IMG/VR virus record: IMGVR_UViG_3300031851_003771
From: an uncultured virus (IMG/VR IMGVR_UViG_3300031851_003771)
Taxonomy: Duplodnaviria > Heunggongvirae > Uroviricota > Caudoviricetes
Strand: one strand, 5' to 3'
DNA length: 64,000 bases
In this document: positions 30,130 through 39,192 of the stretch, piece after piece
Numbering within the stretch: the first letter of the stretch is position 1
How the letters are laid out: each line of letters opens with the position of its first letter
Position numbers and translations under genes: made by a program
The notes under the pieces: generated by a model
The model's database searches: none
What the model was told of the DNA's origin: nothing
The model's input: the letters and a program-made list of their open reading frames with translations, nothing else

Positions 30130-30294
30130 TTATTCCTCTTTCATCTGCTCTTTTATTTTGAGCTTCTCTTTTTTTAACTTAACTAATTCAGACTTATGAC
30201 TAAACGTTCTATTTAACCTACGTTCTTTTTCTAACTGATTCACTTTGTCTGATAGATTTTTGTGTCGCTTGGTTAGTCCCGATAACTGGTTCAT
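30130..30294 (-). CDS. DUF465/YdcH-like small coiled-coil protein (54 aa, not in ORF track)
   Basis: SD GGAGGAG; HKNLSDKVNQLE...LKKEKLKIKEQM. Confidence 0.6.
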   Translation of the reverse strand: MNQLSGLTKRHKNLSDKVNQLEKERRLNRTFSHKSELVKLKKEKLKIKEQMKEE

Positions 30295-30619
30295 AATCTC
30301 CTCCTTTAAAAAGTTTTTTACTAAATTTTCTTAGTGCAACAGCACGAGCCAACATTTTTGTATCTTGTTCATAATACATCATACTGACACCAAGGTCTTG
30401 TTTATTGATATTCCTTTTAGGTCTGTCTATCTTGTACCAAGTATAAATTGCATACAACTCAGTATATTCTAGTTTCATATCTTTGGTATTCTCAGACAAC
30501 CATTTTAACGATTTAAATATGCTGTCATTAGGGTAGTGTTTGTAAGTGTTCTTTTCGGCAAACTTACAAAGTTCTTTTAGAACTAAATGTAACAATTTAT
30601 CACTATTTCTAAACATCAT
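30218..30619 (-). CDS. Hypothetical protein
   Basis: ORF in operon; 3' end overlaps the next ORF. Confidence 0.55.
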   Translation of the reverse strand: MMFRNSDKLLHLVLKELCKFAEKNTYKHYPNDSIFKSLKWLSENTKDMKLEYTELYAIYTWYKIDRPKRNINKQDLGVSMMYYEQDTKMLARAVALRKFSKKLFKGGDYEPVIGTNQATQKSIRQSESVRKRT

Positions 30620-30972
30620 ATCTTCTCTTTATTATACAACTTTTCTATGTTGTTTGTAAATAGTATTTCTACTTTAATATCATCCGTATATATTGAGCCA
30701 TATTTTTCACGTAAATATTTCCAATTTTTTGTTGTTTTAATACCTGGATTATTCTTTTCCCAACCCAATAGTTGGACTATTGCTTTCCTTGTTTTTTCGG
30801 CGCCTCCGTGCTTCCGACAAGTATCTGATCTTCCTACGTGTACGAGTTCATCATCAATTAAAATTTTATAAACACAGCTTCCACCTACCCAGTCTATTTT
30901 TTGTTCTTTTTTAGATATATGTTTTATTCTTTTTCCTTTTATATGATATAAATCTTTTATTTTAAACATCAA
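30616..30972 (-). CDS. Hypothetical protein, possible GIY-YIG-like nuclease
   Basis: CVYKI...VHVGRS resembles the GIY-YIG strands. Confidence 0.45.
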   Translation of the reverse strand: MMFKIKDLYHIKGKRIKHISKKEQKIDWVGGSCVYKILIDDELVHVGRSDTCRKHGGAEKTRKAIVQLLGWEKNNPGIKTTKNWKYLREKYGSIYTDDIKVEILFTNNIEKLYNKEKI

Positions 30973-31246
30973 AAAATACCTTAATATTTCCTATCACATT
31001 CATTATTGTAAACCAACTTGCCAATATTGTTGTCCATATAATTCTTCTTCTATATGATCCAATAGCTAACGTAATAGACCCAATAAGATATATTGGAAAA
31101 ACATACGACATATTAGGATTAGGTGCACCAAATGTTAGAAGCACTGATCCTACTATTGTAAAAACTACTGACACTAACTCATACCAAAAAGCAATCCTAT
31201 CTGAATTGTAACTTGATATCCAGAAATCTTTTAACAACTTAAACAT
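30962..31246 (-). CDS. Small membrane protein
   Basis: Three hydrophobic segments. Confidence 0.65.
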   Translation of the reverse strand: MFKLLKDFWISSYNSDRIAFWYELVSVVFTIVGSVLLTFGAPNPNMSYVFPIYLIGSITLAIGSYRRRIIWTTILASWFTIMNVIGNIKVFFDV

Positions 31247-31252
31247 CTGTGT

Positions 31253-31456
31253 TTATAACAACTCTCTTTTCTTATAACTCATATACATTATAACATCTAT
31301 TAAAATAAGATTAACAACTAATCCAAGTTTAGTAAAATGAAGTCCAAAAAGAAAAGGTATGATAATCAAAAAAAGAGCAAGTTTAAAAACATAATCTAGT
31401 GCTAACTGTTCTGGTACTGTCCACGTTAACCAGTAATGATTATTCTGATTTTTCAT
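31253..31456 (-). CDS. Small membrane protein
   Basis: Two hydrophobic segments. Confidence 0.55.
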   Translation of the reverse strand: MKNQNNHYWLTWTVPEQLALDYVFKLALFLIIIPFLFGLHFTKLGLVVNLILIDVIMYMSYKKRELL

Positions 31457-32477
31457 TTTTTAGTTTTTCTTGTATTTTTTGCATCTCATCAACATCGTTG
31501 TCATTTGGTTTAGGTGGCTTTTGACTTTGCATAATAGCATCATTAGTTTGTTGATCTCCTGGACCATTATATGTAAATTGATTAGAAATGTTTCCTTTAA
31601 ACAAGTAAGCACCTTGATGATCTAATTCTATAGTTGGATCCATCCAAATCGTTCCACCGAGTTGTTGCCATCTACGACAAAACGTATAATCCTCAGAAAG
31701 GTATCTTTTTGTGTCTGGATCAATCAGTGTATCAAATAGTGCGTAACACCATTTGTTATATTCCGGATCTGTGTTTAAATCATTCTTGTACCAGAGATCT
31801 GGATATTTTTCAATCATTTTTTCAATAACTGATTTCTTAAACATCATAAAACCAGTTCCGCCATCATACACAGGTATCAATCCATTCTGCATAGGTACAC
31901 GACCTGTACCGTCTGTTTTAATGTTCATTACATATGATGCTTGATGTTTTAATAGTTCTTCTTCACTGTCGCCTCTGATAGCAGAATCTCTGATGCCTTT
32001 CCAATTTATCATCTTCTTTGGATATGCCCCAACCACAATATCAACATTCTTAGACCACATCTTGATAATTGATTCAGCATCAAAATGAATGTCAGCATCA
32101 ATAAAAATCATATCAGTGAACTTTGGATCACTCATAAACATCGATACTAATGTATTACGACCTCTAGTAATCAAACTTTCGTTAGCAATAGTGGCCAATG
32201 TAAAATGTAGATTATAAGTCTTGAAAAGTATTCCTACTCTCACCATTGCTTTAAGATATGCTTCACCAACCATACCACCGTATGCCGGTGTGGCAATAAA
32301 GAGATGTCTTCCTTCAAACTGTTTTAGATCAATTCGCTGTTCACTTGTTAATGCTTTGTCAAGAGTCTGACCAATCTTGTCATCTGCAGGTGGATTAGGT
32401 ATTCCTTTTTTTTCATTTTTCATTCTTCTTTTTTTCTCTCTTTCCTCTTTCCATTTTTCACTAAATTTTTTGCTCAT
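31440..32477 (-). CDS. Glycosyltransferase-like protein (GT-A)
   Basis: IATPAYGG, ESLITRGRN, FIDADIHF, GTGFM, LSEDYTFC; likely start MSKKF at 32477. Confidence 0.75.
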   Translation of the reverse strand: MSKKFSEKWKEEREKKRRMKNEKKGIPNPPADDKIGQTLDKALTSEQRIDLKQFEGRHLFIATPAYGGMVGEAYLKAMVRVGILFKTYNLHFTLATIANESLITRGRNTLVSMFMSDPKFTDMIFIDADIHFDAESIIKMWSKNVDIVVGAYPKKMINWKGIRDSAIRGDSEEELLKHQASYVMNIKTDGTGRVPMQNGLIPVYDGGTGFMMFKKSVIEKMIEKYPDLWYKNDLNTDPEYNKWCYALFDTLIDPDTKRYLSEDYTFCRRWQQLGGTIWMDPTIELDHQGAYLFKGNISNQFTYNGPGDQQTNDAIMQSQKPPKPNDNDVDEMQKIQEKLKNEKSE

Positions 32478-32478
32478 A

Positions 32479-32835
32479 CTATCCTTCATCTCCTTTACCG
32501 GGATTCTCTGAAAGTAAATCCTTTTTATTTTCTTTATAGTTTTCAGGTTTATATTTTTCTGCGTCTGGTAATGCTTCAAGCATTGACGTCAGTACTGGCC
32601 ATTTTTCAGAAAGTTCTTTATTTTTGTCTAACCAAAACTGCTTATCTGGTTCATCAAACGAATCAGGCTTGATTGCATCTACTGGACATTCTGGTTCGCA
32701 GACTCCACAATCAATGCATTCATCTGGGTTAATTGCTAAAAAGTTCTCACCTTCATAGAAACAATCTACAGGACATACCTCTACACAGTCAGTATGTTTG
32801 CAACCTACACAGGCATCGTTTACATAATAAGTCAT
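32479..32835 (-). CDS. fdxA: 7Fe ferredoxin (FdxA-like)
   Basis: [30 protein letters not shown]. Confidence 0.93.
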   Translation of the reverse strand: MTYYVNDACVGCKHTDCVEVCPVDCFYEGENFLAINPDECIDCGVCEPECPVDAIKPDSFDEPDKQFWLDKNKELSEKWPVLTSMLEALPDAEKYKPENYKENKKDLLSENPGKGDEG

Positions 32836-32874
32836 ATCTTTATACTACTATAATAATGAACAAAAATCAAGTGA

Positions 32875-33129
32875 TTAATGAAGTGTGTTGCTGTAATTAT
32901 GTTCTTCGAACGGTTGTATATCTTGATAATCTTGACTAGCCATATGATTCATTAATTTTAGGAATTCTTCATCAGGCATAATAGTCTTATATAATCTTAA
33001 ACTTTGAGCCAACATAGTTGACGCTACTACAAAGGCATCATTTTCTTGTAATAATGCAGTCATTTTTTTAAACATCTTTTGATATACTTCATTAGTAACT
33101 TGATCTATCGCTTCAATATCTTTTTTCAT
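32875..33129 (-). CDS. Hypothetical protein
   Basis: Start MKKDIE with SD AAGGA downstream of tRNA-Ser. Confidence 0.65.
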   Translation of the reverse strand: MKKDIEAIDQVTNEVYQKMFKKMTALLQENDAFVVASTMLAQSLRLYKTIMPDEEFLKLMNHMASQDYQDIQPFEEHNYSNTLH

Positions 33130-33143
33130 TTCTATTCCTTTTG

Positions 33144-33233
33144 TGGCGGAGAGAGTGAGATTCGAACTCACGAAAGACTTGCGCCTTTGCCGGTTTTCAA
33201 GACCGGTGCATTCAACCACTCTGCCATCTCTCC
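33144..33233 (-). tRNA. tRNA-Ser(TGA)
   Basis: GGAGAGA stem, anticodon TGA, long variable arm, GTTCGAATC, CCA; upstream TTGACA-16-TATAAT at 33248-33275. Confidence 0.95.
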
Positions 33234-33248
33234 AAGTTATTATATTAA

Positions 33249-33674
33249 TTATACTTTATTTTGTGTATTTGTCAATTGTTTTGATCTAGATAATATTGTA
33301 GTTATTAGGTTTCCTAATCCATTTTGTCTCTGTGCTGTAAGTAATTCTGCTATTCCTAATAATTTGAAATCATCAACTATTATGGTGTTGCAATCTGTTA
33401 CCGAACTGTTATTAAAACAATCGCATATGACATTTGTTATTCCTTTGGTTATAAGTGCATCACTGTCATATTCAACTTTTATTGTATCATTCTCTACCAT
33501 CACGTCAACCCAAATTTGGCTTATGCAACCTGCAATAAGTCTTTCATCAATACGTTTAGCTGAATCCATTGTAGTTGACTGTTTAGCAAGATCTAACAAA
33601 TATTCAAGTCTTTCTGTTCCTTGCAATAAGGATAAATTTTCTGACCATTGTTTAATTTTTTCTTTTACTGTCAT
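33249..33674 (-). CDS. sufE: SufE-family sulfur acceptor
   Basis: IAGCISQIW, DSDALITKG, LLTAQRQNGL. Confidence 0.88.
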   Translation of the reverse strand: MTVKEKIKQWSENLSLLQGTERLEYLLDLAKQSTTMDSAKRIDERLIAGCISQIWVDVMVENDTIKVEYDSDALITKGITNVICDCFNNSSVTDCNTIIVDDFKLLGIAELLTAQRQNGLGNLITTILSRSKQLTNTQNKV

Positions 33675-33689
33675 TTTTTGCCTTTATAA

Positions 33690-33960
33690 AAAGTGCAACT
33701 ATTCTGTTGCCAGGTCAGTTGCCAACCCCGTTAGCCTAACTAATTAGGCCGCAAGTGCTAGATTTTCATCTGCATTTGTAGTTTTGTCGCGTTAACCGAG
33801 CTCCCTCCGGACAACTCCATTTTTCTTTACATTCCGGTCGATCCTAGTTCACCCCCATCATAAGCACACCATTAGTAGTATGCTTAATGTGTTTATGGTG
33901 GAGGTGCTCGGTACTGCCCCGAGGTCCCTAAAACTTATTCCAAAAACATCAACGTTGTAA
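33690..33960 (-). ncRNA. ssrA: Permuted two-piece tmRNA, tag (A)ADENLALAA
   Basis: Acceptor piece ends GGGGCAGTACCGAGCACCTCCACCA (33896); coding piece starts GGGGGTGAACTAGGATCGAC (33856); tag ORF 33744-33773. Confidence 0.9.
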
Positions 33961-33965
33961 TAGTA

Positions 33966-33993
33966 ATTATACAGTGATATAGTATTTTGTCAA
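33966..33993 (-). promoter_or_regulatory. Sigma70 promoter for tmRNA
   Basis: TTGACA-16-TATAAT. Confidence 0.8.
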
Positions 33994-33995
33994 GT

Positions 33996-34922
33996 CTATA
34001 TTAAATCTAGAGTTTTCAATGTGCTAAAAGTGGCTATACCCGCTGTCATTAAGTATGCCATACAAGGATCTTTTGCTAAATTTGTAAGTAATCCAGCTAA
34101 TGCCCATTGTATTAATTTCTCAATGGTATTTCCAAGATATTTCAAATCATCTTTTATCAGGTCAATTAATAATTTTGCTAATCCTATAACACCCATTGCG
34201 AATGCCAGTATACCAGCAACCTGTAAAACTTTTCCAAGTATCTCTCCCAATATTGATCCAGCTTTCATAATTCCTCCAAGTGCATCTTCAATAAACGCAC
34301 AAGGACCAGATGATACGTTTGGTATTGATCCTAGTGTTGTTGCCAATTGACTAAATGATGACAACGTACTCATATAAGTTGATAGACCGGGAACTACTAC
34401 TCCTCCTGGGTAACTTGGTGTTGTCGGTATAGCTACACTGTTTCCGTATGTACCAGTTTGTCCTAAGGTTGTCCAAGGACTTGCTCCTGCACCGAGTTCT
34501 GAGACACACATTCCACTTTGCCTATTACTTAGATATGTTATATCTTTAAGAGCACCTTCTACGAAATTTATATCGTTAATTTCTGCATCTGTTAAAATTC
34601 TTGTTGTTTGACCTGGACCTAACAAACTTCCATCAACTGCTACACGATCAGCATAATTGGTTGCGTTCCATCCATCTGGTAATCCTGCTTTTTGTTGGTT
34701 TAATATTTGTGCAATTTTTTGTATATTGTCATCGTGTGGATTTTTAAATCCAGCATATGCCTTACAAGATCTTCCAAACGGATCTGTGTGATCAACAAGT
34801 TCAAGAGCACCACTTTGAATTAATTTGGTTTGTGTCTCACTTACCTGAGTTGTCTTGGGTACAAGATCATCTGGAAAGTTTAAGTTATCGTAGTATGTTC
34901 CTGATATTATTTTATTTGCCAT
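33996..34922 (-). CDS. Hypothetical protein, probably baseplate/spike-associated
   Basis: Co-transcribed with PAAR from a late promoter. Confidence 0.6.
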   Translation of the reverse strand: MANKIISGTYYDNLNFPDDLVPKTTQVSETQTKLIQSGALELVDHTDPFGRSCKAYAGFKNPHDDNIQKIAQILNQQKAGLPDGWNATNYADRVAVDGSLLGPGQTTRILTDAEINDINFVEGALKDITYLSNRQSGMCVSELGAGASPWTTLGQTGTYGNSVAIPTTPSYPGGVVVPGLSTYMSTLSSFSQLATTLGSIPNVSSGPCAFIEDALGGIMKAGSILGEILGKVLQVAGILAFAMGVIGLAKLLIDLIKDDLKYLGNTIEKLIQWALAGLLTNLAKDPCMAYLMTAGIATFSTLKTLDLI

Positions 34923-34923
34923 T

Positions 34924-35211
34924 TTATCCTCCTGCGAAAACTGTACCAGATCCCGTGGCTACTGAACTACCACAAGCAACTGGGTCACCAATTCTTCCTA
35001 ACTGTATACCATTTGCAAACACTGTACTAGATCCTGATGCCAATGTACTGGCGTGACATAATGCTAGACAACAATGAACACTCCAAGAATCACCTTGTCT
35101 GTGTACTGCTATGTTGTCTGCATAGATGTTCTCACTGGCACCATTGTTTGGCCTAGAAGGCCAACATCCGTGTCCTGTACAATTATCACCTAATCTAGTT
35201 ACTGCTGGCAT
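34924..35211 (-). CDS. PAAR-repeat spike tip protein (gp5.4-like)
   Basis: MPAVTRLGD.CTGH, GSSTVFANG, GRIGDPVACG. Confidence 0.9.
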   Translation of the reverse strand: MPAVTRLGDNCTGHGCWPSRPNNGASENIYADNIAVHRQGDSWSVHCCLALCHASTLASGSSTVFANGIQLGRIGDPVACGSSVATGSGTVFAGG

Positions 35212-35231
35212 AATAGTATTTATATACTATG

Positions 35232-35561
35232 TTATGTGATGATTTTGCTTGGTTGTGGTTGGCTTGGCATAGCCGAAGCAGGTTGTATATTTGTTGTTGT
35301 TGCAATATACTGATCACTTGCTGTTTTGTTTGCTTTTGCTAATAATACAATGTGTGTTTTTTGTAATTCAACTGTTTGATTCATATCTTGCATCATTAAA
35401 AATTGTGTCATTGCGGCACCTTTAGGCGTTACAACAAGTGCAATTGGTTTTGAAACTAGCATACTACTATCATTATCTTCGATAACTTTTGTAATAACTT
35501 CTTCACCTGAACTTAACTTGATTGCAACTATGTCATTTTTTTCATATTTTTTTGTTATCAT
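35232..35561 (-). CDS. Hypothetical protein
   Basis: IKLSSGEEVI motif typical of T4-like phage small proteins. Confidence 0.7.
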   Translation of the reverse strand: MITKKYEKNDIVAIKLSSGEEVITKVIEDNDSSMLVSKPIALVVTPKGAAMTQFLMMQDMNQTVELQKTHIVLLAKANKTASDQYIATTTNIQPASAMPSQPQPSKIIT

Positions 35562-36658
35562 AGTTTAAATCCTTTAAATGTTTCTTTGGTTACGTCTTGT
35601 TTTACACCACCAACAATATAACTTTCAACTTCAGTTTCTTGTGGTGCTACCTGTAAGCCTGACGAGCTTAACCAATGTTGTGTCCAAGGTAGTGGATTTT
35701 GTGTAACTGGCTGATCAAATATTGGATCTAGACCAATTGCTTTTAATCTTTTATTAGCAATGAATTCAACATAACGATCAAGCAACGTTGCATTCAATCC
35801 AATAATAGATCCGTCTTTCATTAAGTGTCTTGCCCAAGCCTTTTCTTCAAGAACACAATTTTTATACATTTCATACACAACGTCTTTGTTTTCTTTTACA
35901 ATCTTTGTCATATCAGAATCATCACCTTGTTGCCAATTTTTAATGATGTGTGTACTTAATGCTAAATGTTGTGATTCGTCTCTAGCAATTAATGAAATAA
36001 TCTTTGCTGAACCTTCCATAAGTTTAAGTTCACCAAATGCAAATGTACAAGCGAATGAAACATAAAATCTTAATCCTTCTAAGATGTTTACATTTACCAT
36101 TGCAAGATATAACTGTTTCTTTACATCTTGTATTGTACCTATATCTTTGTGGAAGTAATCCTCAGCCATTTTTGAAAACCTATCATAATTCTCTGTGACT
36201 GATACTGCTCTTTTAACAATTTCTTTATCATCTAAGATTTTGTCAAATACTTCTGCAGGATCTGGATATATGTTTTTAATAATATGTGTATAACTACGTG
36301 AATGGATTGTTTCAAAGAAATCCCAAGTAATAACACAACCTTCTAATTCTGGATTTGAAACGTAAGGTAAAAAAGCCAAACTTGGTCCTCTACCTTGCAC
36401 ACTATCTAATAGTGTTTGATATTTTAAGTTGGCTGTGAATATATGTTTTTGTTCTGGACGGAAGCTGGCATAGTCGCTTCTGTCTTTTTGCAAACTAACT
36501 TCTTCTGGTCTCCAGAAGTAACCCAGCATTGTTTGATTTAATTTATCAAACTGTGGATACTTGAAAATATCATATCTCTGGACATTCTGATCCGCTCCAA
36601 AGAACATTGGCTCTTTGGTAAAATCTACTTCATTTCTATTAAAAACTGTTTTTGACAT
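35558..36658 (-). CDS. nrdB: Ribonucleotide reductase class Ia beta subunit
   Basis: FWRPEEV, LLDSVQGR, ETIHSRSY, LEGLRFY, RDESQH. Confidence 0.97.
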   Translation of the reverse strand: MSKTVFNRNEVDFTKEPMFFGADQNVQRYDIFKYPQFDKLNQTMLGYFWRPEEVSLQKDRSDYASFRPEQKHIFTANLKYQTLLDSVQGRGPSLAFLPYVSNPELEGCVITWDFFETIHSRSYTHIIKNIYPDPAEVFDKILDDKEIVKRAVSVTENYDRFSKMAEDYFHKDIGTIQDVKKQLYLAMVNVNILEGLRFYVSFACTFAFGELKLMEGSAKIISLIARDESQHLALSTHIIKNWQQGDDSDMTKIVKENKDVVYEMYKNCVLEEKAWARHLMKDGSIIGLNATLLDRYVEFIANKRLKAIGLDPIFDQPVTQNPLPWTQHWLSSSGLQVAPQETEVESYIVGGVKQDVTKETFKGFKL

Positions 36659-36689
36659 AATATATTAACCTATTTATTACTTTGATGTT

Positions 36690-39065
36690 TTAAATGTTAC
36701 AAGCTTCGCAATAGTCTTCATATTCCGAATCAGTACCTTCGAAGTCTTTTCTATCAGGTGGTATTGGCTTATTTCCTGAAGCATCTAAATGCTCAAACTC
36801 TTTTGCGGCAATCTCTTGTACTGGTGTTACTTCAACTTCTACACTAGCATCAGTTTTGTAATCGTATGTGTTTTGATAATATGATGTTTTCCAACCAAGT
36901 TTATATGTAGTAAGCAAATCGTTAAACATTACACTCATTGGTACTTCATTATTTTCAAAATGTGTAGGGTTATAACTCCAATTTCCACTAATTGCTTGAT
37001 CAAAGAATTTTTGCATCACCGAAACAATATTAATATATCCTTCATTACTAGGCATATCCCATAGCAAAGTATAGAAGTTTTTTAGTCTTGTATAGTCAGG
37101 AACAATTTGTTTTAATGGTCCTTTTTTACTTTTCTTAACACTTAAGAATCCTCTTGGTGGTTCAATACCATTTGTTGCATTACTAACAACGGAAGAACTT
37201 TCCGATGGCATCTGTGCAGACAAAGTTGAGTTTCTCATACCGTGTTCTACCACTTCTTTTCTTAGTTTTTCCCATTTCATTTTTAATTTTGTTTTGCAAA
37301 TATCATCTAATTCTTCTTTATAATGATCTATTGGTAACAAGCCATCAGCATATTTTGTTCTATTAAAGTATTCACATTTTCCTTTTTCTTTTGCAAGATT
37401 AACTGATGCTTGGATTAGATAAAACTGGAATGCTTCTGATAATTCGTGTACAACTTTTAATGCATCTTTGTCATTATATTTTGCTTGATGTTTTGCTAGA
37501 TAATGTGCAAGTCCGATATAACCAATACCCAAACTACGTCTTGCTTTAGTTGATATTTCTGCGGCTTTGACCGGATACTGTTGATAATCAATTATTTCAT
37601 CTAAAGCTCTAACAGCCAAGTCACATAACTCTTCTAGTTCATCTAATTCTTTCAATGCACCAACGTTGATAGCGGAAAGAATGCAAAGTGCTATCTCTCC
37701 ATCTCCGTCAATGTGTTCTAAAGGAACTGTAGGTAATGTAATTTCTTGACATAGGTTTGACATCTTAACTGGATCTTTAAACGAGCTATGTGTGTTACAG
37801 TGATCTATATTCATAATATATATTCTACCTGTTTCAGCTCTTTCTTTCAAAAGATCACCGAATAGCTTTTGAGCAGGTATAGTTGACTTATGAATCTTTT
37901 TACTACGTTCATATTTCTTATATAGTTCATCAAATTCATCAGTACCAAATGCATCATACAACCCTGGTACTTCGTGAGGAGAAAATAAAGTTATATCTTT
38001 ATCTTCTAATAATCTCTCATAGAACAATTTACTAATTTGAATTGAATAATCCAATTTACGAACTCTGTTGTCTTCCGTGCCTTTGTTGTTTTTTAATACA
38101 AGTATGTCTTCAATTTCTTGATGCCATATCGGGAAATGCACAGTTGCACTACCACCACGCACACCATTCTGTGTGCAACATCTCACAGTCGATTCGAATT
38201 TCTTAAGGAACGGAACCACTCCTGTGTGTGCAACTTCACCTCCTCTGATCTTAGAGTTGATTCCTCTGATACGACTTGCATTGATTCCAATTCCGGCACG
38301 TTGAGCAATGTATCTGCCAATTGCCATATCACTGGTAAAAATACTTGACAATGTATCATCTACCTCAACAAGAACACAACTTGCGAATTGACGCATTGGT
38401 GTTCTTACACCTGCCATCACTGGCGTAGGTATATTGATTTTAAATTGACTGATAGCATTATAATATTTTTTAATATATTTCAATCTGTCTGTTTTTGTAT
38501 AATTTGCAAATAAAGTAACTGCAATCATCATATACATAAACTGCGGAGTTTCATATATCTTACCCGAACTTCTATCTTGCACTAGGTATTTGTCTACAAC
38601 CTGTCTAAGTCCGGCATATGTAAAGTTTAAATCTCTTTCGTGTCTAAGATAACTGTTAATTTTGTTCCATTCATCATCTGTGTACTTGTCTAAAATAGCC
38701 TTATCGTACACTCCACGTTCAATGTTTGTGGCTACAAAAAATCTCAATGGAACGTGTCCTTCACTTGGCATAAACTTACCATATACGTGTTTCTGTAAAC
38801 TAAACAATAAAAGTCTTGCCGCAACATATTGATAATTTGGATTATCTAAATCTATTAGATCATTTGCTGACTTAATTAATATCTCTTGGATCGAATCAGT
38901 TGACATATCGCTTGTAAACTGCAATCCAGAATTCATTTCTACCTGGGACGAAGATACTCCAGTTAAGCCTTCACAGGCCGCCTCTGTCATCTTGTGTACT
39001 TTGTTGATGTCTAGTAATTCTTTTCGTCCGTCTCGTTTTATAATATACAAATTTTCTTTGTTCAT
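36690..39065 (-). CDS. nrdA: Ribonucleotide reductase class Ia alpha subunit
   Basis: ATP cone, FASCV, SNLCQEI, C-terminal CEAC. Confidence 0.97.
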   Translation of the reverse strand: MNKENLYIIKRDGRKELLDINKVHKMTEAACEGLTGVSSSQVEMNSGLQFTSDMSTDSIQEILIKSANDLIDLDNPNYQYVAARLLLFSLQKHVYGKFMPSEGHVPLRFFVATNIERGVYDKAILDKYTDDEWNKINSYLRHERDLNFTYAGLRQVVDKYLVQDRSSGKIYETPQFMYMMIAVTLFANYTKTDRLKYIKKYYNAISQFKINIPTPVMAGVRTPMRQFASCVLVEVDDTLSSIFTSDMAIGRYIAQRAGIGINASRIRGINSKIRGGEVAHTGVVPFLKKFESTVRCCTQNGVRGGSATVHFPIWHQEIEDILVLKNNKGTEDNRVRKLDYSIQISKLFYERLLEDKDITLFSPHEVPGLYDAFGTDEFDELYKKYERSKKIHKSTIPAQKLFGDLLKERAETGRIYIMNIDHCNTHSSFKDPVKMSNLCQEITLPTVPLEHIDGDGEIALCILSAINVGALKELDELEELCDLAVRALDEIIDYQQYPVKAAEISTKARRSLGIGYIGLAHYLAKHQAKYNDKDALKVVHELSEAFQFYLIQASVNLAKEKGKCEYFNRTKYADGLLPIDHYKEELDDICKTKLKMKWEKLRKEVVEHGMRNSTLSAQMPSESSSVVSNATNGIEPPRGFLSVKKSKKGPLKQIVPDYTRLKNFYTLLWDMPSNEGYINIVSVMQKFFDQAISGNWSYNPTHFENNEVPMSVMFNDLLTTYKLGWKTSYYQNTYDYKTDASVEVEVTPVQEIAAKEFEHLDASGNKPIPPDRKDFEGTDSEYEDYCEACNI

Positions 39066-39093
39066 TTTTTCTACTCTTCTAATTTATATCACT

Positions 39094-39122
39094 ATTGTAA
39101 ACTAATAGTACATTACTGTCAA
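39094..39122 (-). promoter_or_regulatory. Sigma70 promoter for nrdA
   Basis: TTGACA-17-TACAAT. Confidence 0.75.
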
Positions 39123-39192
39123 ACGATTTTTGTCTTTTTTCCACAATAAGATGCGATAGAGTTTGACGTGTTAACTGTAATTATCTATGAGA

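Noticed and set aside
33130..33219. N-terminal extension of the 32875 ORF and the overlapping 33079-33747 plus ORF
   Set aside because: They overlap tRNA-Ser and sufE; the real start is probably 33129
35558..39065. Introns, inteins or homing endonucleases in nrdA/nrdB
   Set aside because: Both ORFs are continuous and of normal length
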